Assembly: GCA_951813565.1 (NCBI GenBank)
Contig: OX638351.1
Span: forward strand, 4,288,001-4,352,000
Source: an uncultured Poribacteria bacterium
GTDB lineage: Bacteria; Poribacteria; WGA-4E; WGA-3G
Reading direction: 5' to 3'
DNA length: 64,000 bases
Shown: one piece after another, positions 29,792 to 37,940 of the stretch
Layout: each line of letters begins with the position of its first letter
Position numbering within the stretch: position 1 is the first letter of the stretch
Notes under the pieces: model-generated
The model's database searches: none
What the model was told of the DNA's origin: nothing
What the model saw: only the letters and a program-made list of their open reading frames with translations
Made by a program: the position numbers and the translations under genes

Positions 29792-31093
29792 TTATTCTTT
29801 TCGTAGGGCTTCAATAGGGGAAAGCATAGATGCTTTGATTGCTGGATACAATCCAAAAGATATTCCGATTGCAGCGGAAAATAATACTGAAATCAAAACC
29901 CACTGTGCAGAAACAACTGCAGGCCATTCAGGCACAATTTTAGCGATCTTAACTGCGATAACTGACATGCTTTCACCAACGAAAATACCTAAACCGATAC
30001 CTATAATTCCGCCGACTGCACACATTGTAATTGACTCAATGAGAAATTGAAACATTATGTCAAGTGGTTTTGCGCCGAGTGCTTTCCGCAAACCGATCTC
30101 ACGCGTGCGCTCTGTTACTGCAACTAACATCATGTTCATAATGCCAATACCGCCAACAAGCAATGAAAAACCAGCGATACTACCCAATGCGATTTTAATC
30201 ATCTTGCTTATTTTTTCCAGCTGCCGTATGCCTTTCCGCATCTCATAGATTTTGACGAAATTGTCTTCGCCTTTATGCCGGCTGCGGATCACTTCTTTTA
30301 CTTCTCGAACTGCATTAGGAACATCCTCAACAGTGTTTGCGTAGACCACGATTTCTTGAATCTTATCATCACCAGTGAAACGTTCTTGAGTGGTTGTTAT
30401 CGGAAAAAAGACCATGCTATCAAAACTCCAACCGAATCGCAGACTTCTACCTCTTGGCATCATTGTGCCTACAACCGTGAACCTTTCGGTTATACGTCTA
30501 CTACGTCTCTTTCCCCGATGATCATAATATCTTACACGCCGGGCCATTTTTATCTCCTGCCCAAGAGGAGATTTGTTGCCGAATAGATCGGTTGCCACCT
30601 CATCGCCAAGCACGCAAATTTTGGCTGCGTTTTTTACGTCTTCATCTGTAATAAATCGTCCATCTTGCAGTTTCCAATCCATTGCAGTTTTAAAAGATGA
30701 ATCTACACCGTTATATCCAGCACGGGTTTCAGCACCACCAGGGGCTTGGATTAATATTCCTTTCCAATCTCGTATCCTTGGGGTGACATCACTCACCGTG
30801 GGACATTCCGCTTTAATGGCAAGCACATCGCCGTAGTTTAGATATTCCTTTGTGCGGATTGGGATGTTGTGTTTTCCAAGTTTTTTCTTTGACCTGCGGT
30901 ATAAAGTGAACTGGTTCGCACCACCGAGTTTTTGTGCATCTTGCAGGACAATCTCTTTTGCGCCATCTCCGATAGCTATCATTGCAAGCACTGCCGCTAT
31001 ACCGATTATTATGCCAAGCATCGTTAGTAACGAACGCATCTTGTTGGCACGTATCGCGGCGATTCCAATGGATAGCCCTTCAATTAAACTCAT
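29792..31093 (-). CDS. MacB/FtsX-like ABC transporter permease
   Basis: Third 433-aa paralog. Confidence 0.94.
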   Translation of the reverse strand: MSLIEGLSIGIAAIRANKMRSLLTMLGIIIGIAAVLAMIAIGDGAKEIVLQDAQKLGGANQFTLYRRSKKKLGKHNIPIRTKEYLNYGDVLAIKAECPTVSDVTPRIRDWKGILIQAPGGAETRAGYNGVDSSFKTAMDWKLQDGRFITDEDVKNAAKICVLGDEVATDLFGNKSPLGQEIKMARRVRYYDHRGKRRSRRITERFTVVGTMMPRGRSLRFGWSFDSMVFFPITTTQERFTGDDKIQEIVVYANTVEDVPNAVREVKEVIRSRHKGEDNFVKIYEMRKGIRQLEKISKMIKIALGSIAGFSLLVGGIGIMNMMLVAVTERTREIGLRKALGAKPLDIMFQFLIESITMCAVGGIIGIGLGIFVGESMSVIAVKIAKIVPEWPAVVSAQWVLISVLFSAAIGISFGLYPAIKASMLSPIEALRKE

Positions 31094-31116
31094 ATAAACT
31101 TCTCAACTTTCGCATA

Positions 31117-31228
31117 TCATTACACAAAATACGTGTGTCATAGGTACCCACTACCTAAAGGTAGGGGCTTGTGCTTCCTCGCGACTGCGGTTTTCGCTTA
31201 GCGTCCACCGTCTTATTGTCGCTCCACT
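31117..31228 (-). ncRNA. Predicted TnpB omegaRNA (3' part plus guide), copy 1
   Basis: Structured sequence conserved in all three copies between the tnpB stop and the right end; the 5' boundary is uncertain. Confidence 0.65.
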
Positions 31229-32341
31229 TTAGGCAGCCAAGCCTGCCCGTTTGATATTGATAGCAGCGTTGGTGTCTCTGTCGTGGTGTGACCCACATTC
31301 GGGACATGTCCACTGCCTATCAGAAAGAGAGAGTTCTTTGTTATGGTATCCACAATCACTACAAGGTTTTGTTGTTGCTATCCATTGCGAGATTCGCACA
31401 AGTTTTTTGCCGTGCTTCGCACACTTCTGTTCCAATATCTGAAGAAACTGGTAGAAAGAATGGTCAGAAACTTTACGTCCCCATAATCGTTTCATACCGT
31501 CAAGGTTCAGCGTTTCAAAAATGAGTGTGTCAAACTCTACACAAAGTTTTGAGGCAAGTTTCCATTGCCAATCTTCTCTTTGTCGTGCCACCTTTCTGTG
31601 TTGTCTTGCCAAAGCACGACACACACGATACCAATTGCTTGAACCTTTAACCTTACGACTCAGTGTTTTGTTTAGAGATTGCAGCGTCTTGAGTGATTGC
31701 TTGAAAAATTCTGGTGATTCTATCTTGTTGCCTTCGTCGCTTGTGAGGAATGTTTTGTTTCCGTAATCAAATCCTGCGCTCTTACCCGTCTTAGACTTAG
31801 GTTCGGAATCGTCAACATTCTCGCACGAAAAGCATATCCAATAGTCACCGCACCTATCGCGTTTGATGGTGATTGTCTTGATAGTTCCTTTGAAATCACG
31901 GTGTTTGTGGTAGGAAAACCATGTGTCTATACAATTGATTTTGATACGCTTATCTTCCAATGTATAGCCAGCTTGAGTGAATGTCATAGAATTGTATTTG
32001 TGGCGGGGTTTGATTTTCGGTCTACCGACTTTACGCGTTGTTTTGCCCGCTTTTCGGTCTTCGATATTCTCAAAGAAAGCGTCTTGAGATTTACCATAAC
32101 GCAGCACAACGTCTTGCACAACTTGGCTCGGCAAGGCTGCCCAATGCGGTTTTGTCCGCTTTTTGAGTTTCGCAACATGTGCGTTTATATGATACGCGGA
32201 TAGGTTCTTTCCAAATATACGGTAATACCTACGAGCCAATAGCATGATATGCACGTGGATTTCCCACATATCGTCAAGCATGTTGCCGAGTTTGATTGTG
32301 TTAGATTGATTTTGAAGTTTGAACTTGTCCGCTTTTCTCAT
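31229..32341 (-). CDS. tnpB: RNA-guided endonuclease TnpB
   Basis: RuvC-I GFDYG, RuvC-II ETL, zinc finger CSDC/CPEC, RuvC-III DRDTNAAINI. Confidence 0.96.
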   Translation of the reverse strand: MRKADKFKLQNQSNTIKLGNMLDDMWEIHVHIMLLARRYYRIFGKNLSAYHINAHVAKLKKRTKPHWAALPSQVVQDVVLRYGKSQDAFFENIEDRKAGKTTRKVGRPKIKPRHKYNSMTFTQAGYTLEDKRIKINCIDTWFSYHKHRDFKGTIKTITIKRDRCGDYWICFSCENVDDSEPKSKTGKSAGFDYGNKTFLTSDEGNKIESPEFFKQSLKTLQSLNKTLSRKVKGSSNWYRVCRALARQHRKVARQREDWQWKLASKLCVEFDTLIFETLNLDGMKRLWGRKVSDHSFYQFLQILEQKCAKHGKKLVRISQWIATTKPCSDCGYHNKELSLSDRQWTCPECGSHHDRDTNAAINIKRAGLAA

Positions 32342-32756
32342 TGTCCGCTTTGACCTTCAATATAGTCTTTTTCACTTGAAGTGTTACACCACCACAGGAA
32401 CTCACAAACTTGCTCCGTGTCCAAAGAGAGGGCAAACGACTTTTCAAACTTGGGTATTCTTCACGTAAAACTTTAGCCGTATAGCCTTTGATTTTTCCAA
32501 CGATTTTATCAATAGAATGCATTGGTGGGATTTCTATGAGCAAATGGACATGTTCAGGTTGTGTTTCAACCTCACGGATTTGATACTCATACGCGTCTTG
32601 TTTTTCTTCTATGAGTTGTTTCAGTCTACCTTGTATTTGTGTCTCTAAAACCTTACGCCTATACTTCGTACACCAGATAACGTGATATTGGCAACTATAG
32701 ACTGTTTTGTTCGTAGTGCGATAATTACGCTTTTTATTTGAGATTTTGAGTGGCAT
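32301..32756 (-). pseudogene. tnpA: IS200-type Y1 (HUH) transposase TnpA with a 1-nt deletion before the catalytic Tyr
   Basis: YHVIWCTKYRR, HVHLL and LWTRS motifs are present. DYIEGQ lies in the -1 frame (GTGAAAAAGAC here versus GTGATAAAAGAC in copies 2 and 3). Confidence 0.85.
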
Positions 32757-32789
32757 AATATCTTACCTTTCTATAATAGCGTATAGTAT

Positions 32790-32818
32790 ATTATACCACA
32801 TTGTGATTAGATTGTCAA
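32790..32818 (-). promoter_or_regulatory. Consensus sigma70 promoter of tnpA-tnpB
   Basis: TTGACA-17 nt-TATAAT with TG extension on the minus strand. Confidence 0.8.
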
Positions 32819-32896
32819 GTTTATTTTTGCTACCAACCACTTAGCCGTCTACATCCCACAAGCTAAAGCATGGGGATTTGACGGGGGAGTGTTAAA

Positions 32897-33008
32897 TGAG
32901 GGGTGTGCATAAATAATTCAATGTCAAATATATGCTTAAAAGTAGTAGGCACGCGCCGCTTGCCGTCCGCAAGCGAAGAGGTTACGGTACACGGCGTGTG
33001 CCTACTAC
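32897..33008. repeat. Solo MITE end and inverted REP doublet
   Basis: TGAGGGGTGTGCATAAATAATTC, identical to 20927; GTAGTAGGCAC...GTGCCTACTAC at 32942-33008. Confidence 0.75.
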
Positions 33009-33111
33009 ATTGCATCGCACATCAGCGAAACACAACATTCTATTGAAATCCTTTATTGAACTCACGTTACTTTAGTAAGATATAGGAATATAGAATTTGG
33101 TGGAAATGGAA

Positions 33112-33134
33112 AAGGCGGATATGGAATCCGCCTT
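33112..33134 (-). terminator. Probable intrinsic terminator
   Basis: AAGGCGGAT-atgga-ATCCGCCTT hairpin just downstream of the 33153-34289 stop, followed by T residues on the minus strand. Confidence 0.6.
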
Positions 33135-33152
33135 GTGAGGTGAAACAGATTC

Positions 33153-34289
33153 TTATTTCTGTTTCGGGTAAGCAGTATCAAGCGAGAGAATTGCATAACT
33201 GGTTGCTAACACAGGGAGTGCTTCCATCCAGCGGCTGTTCTCATTTATCCAGAATCCTTCAGGTTTTTGGACCTCAAGTAATTTTTCAGCAAGTTCTTGG
33301 TACCAATCGTGTGAAACGCCCTTTGCGTCAATAATGATTGCTTTTCCGTATAGACGCAACGCTTTTGCCATCGTATGATAGTTATAGTATAGACCTTGGG
33401 CACCCATGCCGTAGTTTTCTTCAACCGTGAAGTGTTTTCCTATCCACTGAACAGCAGATTTCACGCGTTCGTCATTTTTATCAATTTTTGCGTAGATAAA
33501 ACTCAACAACCCGGCATACGTCATACTGGCATAGGATCGCGGACTACCGGCTTCATCCTTACCTGCTTTACTTTCACCATCGGGGGAATAGATAAATCCA
33601 CCATCGTTACCTGCCCACTTCTGATCGTTACTCTCACTACGGTTTTGGGTACGTTCAAGAAATTTTATCGCTTTGTTCCAGACTTCATCATCATCAGAAC
33701 CGCTCTCTTTTAATGCCTGGATAGCAAGGTTAAGATTAGAAAGATCGTGGACAGATTCGCGGCTTCCGTAGCCGATACCACCGTAATATACGCTTTCTTC
33801 ATCTTGAATTTGGAGACTTTTTATAAAACCTTGTGCTTTTTTGATAACGTCTTCATATTTCTTTGGGTTGTCGGTTGAAGAAAGTGCCATCACAGATATA
33901 GAAGTAGTGTAATTGGGTAGTGCGGGTTGCTTGCTCACATCGTAAATAGCACCATTCTCATGTTGCATTTCAATTAACCGCTGGATCGCTTTCTGAATAA
34001 ACGGATGTTTTTCATCTGAATATTTTTTCTGCGGATGCCGCAAGAAAGCCGTAATTGCAAGGGCGGTTATTCCAGGATGCCCTTCTCCAGGACTACCCTC
34101 AAAGAGTCCATCTTCTCTTTGCTGTGTCTTTAGCCACCCTAATCCTTTGTCAATACTTGCGATGACGCGTTTGTTTAATTCGTCATATTTAGTTGCATCT
34201 GTTACGTGGTTTGGGTGTGCGCTGATGTGGACGGTGATACTGCCCATAATCAACACCAACATTAACCCAATCATGTTTTTCATTTTCAT
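33153..34289 (-). CDS. Secreted prenyltransferase/squalene-cyclase-repeat (alpha/alpha toroid) protein
   Basis: Signal peptide; QW-like repeats WLKTQQREDG, MQHENG, DGGFIYSP and VQKPEGFW. Confidence 0.82.
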   Translation of the reverse strand: MKMKNMIGLMLVLIMGSITVHISAHPNHVTDATKYDELNKRVIASIDKGLGWLKTQQREDGLFEGSPGEGHPGITALAITAFLRHPQKKYSDEKHPFIQKAIQRLIEMQHENGAIYDVSKQPALPNYTTSISVMALSSTDNPKKYEDVIKKAQGFIKSLQIQDEESVYYGGIGYGSRESVHDLSNLNLAIQALKESGSDDDEVWNKAIKFLERTQNRSESNDQKWAGNDGGFIYSPDGESKAGKDEAGSPRSYASMTYAGLLSFIYAKIDKNDERVKSAVQWIGKHFTVEENYGMGAQGLYYNYHTMAKALRLYGKAIIIDAKGVSHDWYQELAEKLLEVQKPEGFWINENSRWMEALPVLATSYAILSLDTAYPKQK

Positions 34290-34310
34290 CTTTTTCTCCT
34301 AAAAAGTTGT

Positions 34311-34494
34311 TTATAGTAGATTTTCAAATAATGACACACTTTCACTCGGCGCGTTGACAAAGCACCTATTGCTTTTACTATAAAGTCGCGACCAGGAGGT
34401 CGCTCCTACAGGAAGAAAGAGGCGCAATAAATTGCGCGACTACAAACGCAGTAATTGAAAAGAAATGTCTACTTATTCTTATATTTTACTATAA
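34311..34494. mobile_element. TATAGT-type MITE-like element with two REPs
   Basis: TTATAGTAGA... / ...TTTTACTATAA termini; REPs at 34385-34409 and 34417-34443. Confidence 0.6.
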
Positions 34495-34803
34495 CCTAAG
34501 TTGCTACGGACAAGATTTCAAGTTAGCAAACACTGCTTTTTACTGAAAAAACAAGGCTTTTTCGCTGATTCTTATGTTTTTTGTTCTAAAATCCAAATCA
34601 ACACCAAATGCGCGTTTGGCATTTGGCGGGGTTAGAAACCCCTCCTACAAGAGCATTTGCGAAATAGGTGGCATAATCTGTTAGATTGTGCTTGTGAAGG
34701 CGCAAACTGACAGTTTGCGCTACGAAATCTTGCAAAAATGCATAATTCTCTATAAAACATGTTGTCTGCATGTCTAAAATCTTGTCCGTAGCAACTTGGG
34801 TTA
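34492..34803. mobile_element. About 310-bp MITE with long terminal inverted repeats
   Basis: TAACCTAAGTTGCTACGGACAAGATTT / AAATCTTGTCCGTAGCAACTTGGGTTA (1 mismatch in 27), with TA at both ends. Confidence 0.85.
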
Positions 34804-34971
34804 TAGTAATGTTTAAGCAAATATGATGCCAAGACTAAACGCGTGTGGTAGTTCTAATTCACGGAAATTATACAGAAATTGGTTAAAATATGAACACTGC
34901 TGTCAATAATTTGAACAATTTGGAATGTAGAGTATACACTAAAATCAAATGTTAGAAACAAAATGTCTTAT

Positions 34972-36009
34972 TTATCCTATTTTCACCGTCTGTCCCGTTT
35001 CCGCGGATTGCATCGCTGCATCATACACCTGCATAACTTTACGCATTTCTTCAGGTTTAACGACCAATTCCGCACCTTTGTTTAGCACATCCGCAATGTT
35101 CTGATAGTAAGATTTCCATGTGCCGCGCACACTCTCAATAACAAGTTCACGATTTTCGCCACCAGCCGCTGTCCAGACTTTCGCATAGTTCGCGGGGTCC
35201 TGTTCAGCTGCATCAATGTTACCATCACGCATTGGTCCTTCCTGTGGATCCAAACCGTATTTGATTAAACCGCCTTCATCACCCACAACATACCAACGCG
35301 GTTTTTCCGCTTTAGAAAGGTTGCCAATCTCAATTTGATACCGCACATCGTTCTGAAACTTAATGATAAGGTTCGCATAGTTACCAATATCGGTATCCCA
35401 TTTTGTATTGTAGTGAATATCACAAAAGACTGATTCAACGGGTGCCTCTCCAAATTGCAGTGCCTGATCCACGAAGTGTGCAGGCCAATCGTAAAGGATA
35501 CCCCCACTTTGACTTTTAACGCCTCGCCATCCACCGGGTGCCCCGTAACGCATAATCGCTACTTGAAAAAGGTAGGGTGTTCCCAACAAACCATCGGCGA
35601 TAACCTTTTTGACGGTGAGATAATCCCAATCCCATCGCCTGTTGTGAAAAACGCTGAGCATGACGTTGTTGCGTTCACTTGCAGCAATCATCGCATCTGC
35701 TTCAGCGGTGTTCATCGCCATGATTTTGTCTGTGACGAGGTTTTTTCCAGCATCCATCGCTTTAATAGCCAATTCTGCATGTGTATCGTGCGGTGTGGCT
35801 AAAACAACGAGGTCAACGTTATCATCAGCAATAACTTCATCTATTGTTTGATAGATTTGTGCTTTTGGATAAGCTTCGCGTGCGGTTTCACGACGTTCGT
35901 CATTCCGCGTTGCAATCGCATATAGATTTAACCCATCTGCTAAACCTACAAGATAGGAATGAAATGCCCGTCCGGCATATCCATAACCAATAACAGCGGT
36001 ATTTATCAT
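34972..36009 (-). CDS. Gfo/Idh/MocA family oxidoreductase
   Basis: VIGYGYAG, TPHDTH, DK, FHNRRWD; start placed at MINTAV. Confidence 0.92.
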   Translation of the reverse strand: MINTAVIGYGYAGRAFHSYLVGLADGLNLYAIATRNDERRETAREAYPKAQIYQTIDEVIADDNVDLVVLATPHDTHAELAIKAMDAGKNLVTDKIMAMNTAEADAMIAASERNNVMLSVFHNRRWDWDYLTVKKVIADGLLGTPYLFQVAIMRYGAPGGWRGVKSQSGGILYDWPAHFVDQALQFGEAPVESVFCDIHYNTKWDTDIGNYANLIIKFQNDVRYQIEIGNLSKAEKPRWYVVGDEGGLIKYGLDPQEGPMRDGNIDAAEQDPANYAKVWTAAGGENRELVIESVRGTWKSYYQNIADVLNKGAELVVKPEEMRKVMQVYDAAMQSAETGQTVKIG

Positions 36010-36053
36010 ATTATTTCTGCGTCGGCTTCCGAGGATAACCAACATTTCCCCTT

Positions 36054-36848
36054 TCATTTTTTATCGTTCAGTGTCCAATCGTAGCCTAAATAGTGAAACT
36101 TGACATCTTTCGCTAACACAAAATCCGCGTCTTCAGAAGGTAGGTAATCGGCGAGAAAATCTGGGACACCATCGTAGCCTTCCGTAAAATCTTTCTTATA
36201 CCATTTGAAGATTTTTGAAAGATAGACTCGGCGTTTCACTCTGTCTAATCGAACCTTCTCTGGATCGGTAACAAATTTGAGTGTAACAGCATCCAATTGC
36301 TCCTCAATTGTTTCAGGTAAATATACGATGTTTTCTAAAGGTGGGCAACTTTTTGACGCACATACGAGCGCAAAATGAACGCGCGGTTCAACAAATTCGG
36401 TGCGGATGATGTCGTGTTCAATTTGATTGAGGGAGTATTTTTCGCCTGCTACCTGAAACTTTAGTCGTGAGAAGAACCCATTGAACCACTTCACCTTTTT
36501 CACACTCTTTGTCGGATAGTGGTCAATAACGCCTTTAATGATAAGTGCATTGTATGTATTTATCCAAAAAGCCAATTGGGTGTTGTAAGGCATTTCTGCT
36601 GGTTTTGCCACTGCCAACAGATCCAAATACTTTTCCAATTTCTCTGGGTTCGCTTTGAGTTTGGCGTAATCAACTTTTCCCTTATCAACGTGTTCTTGCA
36701 ACACCTGATTAAACAGGTCATGAGAAAAAGTTGTATCGGTCGCGTCCTGCGGCGTGCGCGAATCTGCTTCTACACGGAAGTGATATTGAAACAGGACACT
36801 GAGTATAGATAATAGCAATAGGCAGCCAATTAGGATACGGTTTTTCAT
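36054..36848 (-). CDS. Secreted DUF547-domain protein
   Basis: LAFWINTYNA, SLNQIEH, PRVHFALVCASKSCP and YDWTLN motifs. Confidence 0.9.
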   Translation of the reverse strand: MKNRILIGCLLLLSILSVLFQYHFRVEADSRTPQDATDTTFSHDLFNQVLQEHVDKGKVDYAKLKANPEKLEKYLDLLAVAKPAEMPYNTQLAFWINTYNALIIKGVIDHYPTKSVKKVKWFNGFFSRLKFQVAGEKYSLNQIEHDIIRTEFVEPRVHFALVCASKSCPPLENIVYLPETIEEQLDAVTLKFVTDPEKVRLDRVKRRVYLSKIFKWYKKDFTEGYDGVPDFLADYLPSEDADFVLAKDVKFHYLGYDWTLNDKK

Positions 36849-36919
36849 TGTGCTGTGTCCTCACTTTAGTACCTATTTTAGCATATCTTTATATTTTTTG
36901 CAGGGAAAACGGTTGGTAT

Positions 36920-37038
36920 CAGGGTTATTTAGTGCAAATGTTGGGTTTCGCTCCGCTCTACCCAATGGACGATACTATTATAAAGAATTAATGCATGTGA
37001 TAAAATGCGTCAGAAATATAGAAAACTAAATAACCCTG
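36920..37038. mobile_element. 119-bp MITE with an 8-bp target duplication
   Basis: CAGGGTTATTTAGT / ACTAAATAACCCTG inverted repeats, flanked by GTTGGTAT on both sides. Confidence 0.8.
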
Positions 37039-37115
37039 GTTGGTATCAGGGTTATTTATGGTGGATTTTAGAATTAATTGGGCATTATTCGCCTGTCAAT
37101 GTCCCATTTAACATA

Positions 37116-37459
37116 CTGTAATTAAATGGAATATCAACAGAAAAAAGAATGTCCGAGGCGACAAGTCATGGCGAATACCACACAGTGAGTGCCTAAAGAC
37201 GAATGCGCCAAATCAAGAAATCAACGGTATGAATCATGGCGAATCATGTAGAATACCAAAAGCGTATTCTACCAAGCGCATTCGTCTTTAGTCATTCACC
37301 GGGTCCGAATGCCCTTTGGCATTCCCGTATGGCATTCGCCATGATTCATACCGTTGATTTGGCGTATTCGCCCAAGTGCGCTTGGCGTTGATTTGGCAAT
37401 GAATTGCGCGACTACCAACGCGTTTTTGTTAATGAGAAGTTATTATTTAGAAATGGTAT
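37116..37459. repeat. REP-bearing repeat carrying a 236-bp nested insertion
   Basis: Flanks match 51716-51822, which lacks the 37160-37395 insert. Confidence 0.88.
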
Positions 37460-37940
37460 TAGAAATCGCGCCTACCTTAAAAAGTTACCATTTGGTAACT
37501 TTTTTCATACCGTGGTAACTTTTTGAAATTCGGTATAAACCCAGTATCTGTATGGGTTTATAGGTGTTTTTCTCGTTTTCAATAAATTTCAATTTTTCAT
37601 TTCTCATCTGTATTGAAGATTCACGGTTTTTTCTTGTGTTCTGCAGGTTTATGGTCTGGGTATCTCTGTGTTTCGGGGATCGGTTTTGTTTTTTCATACT
37701 TATATTATGCCTCATAGTGGCGTGTGATTAGAAGTTTTTGTAGTTTTTGGAACAATATATATCCAATATATTTCCAATAAGTTTGCAGGAAAAGAGGAAA
37801 ATGCCTAAAGCAATTTATTTTCTACAATGAATTCACTGTAAAAACACAATTCATGAATAACTTATGCTCAAAGGTCAACAAAAATTTAAATTTAACGTTT
37901 TAAAGCGCATAACACACCAAAACAGGAGTTATCGCGTTGT

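Larger units (their letters stand above)
31137..32891 (-). mobile_element. IS200/IS605-family element, full length (tnpA + tnpB), copy 1
   Basis: Subterminal hairpins at both ends; boundaries taken from where identity with copies 2 and 3 ends (right end ...TATGAC; left end follows TTAA). Confidence 0.93.

Noticed and set aside
37485..37715. 76-aa basic ORF
   Set aside because: Low complexity and no clear RBS; it ends in a palindrome (37480-37503) and cannot be supported as a gene.
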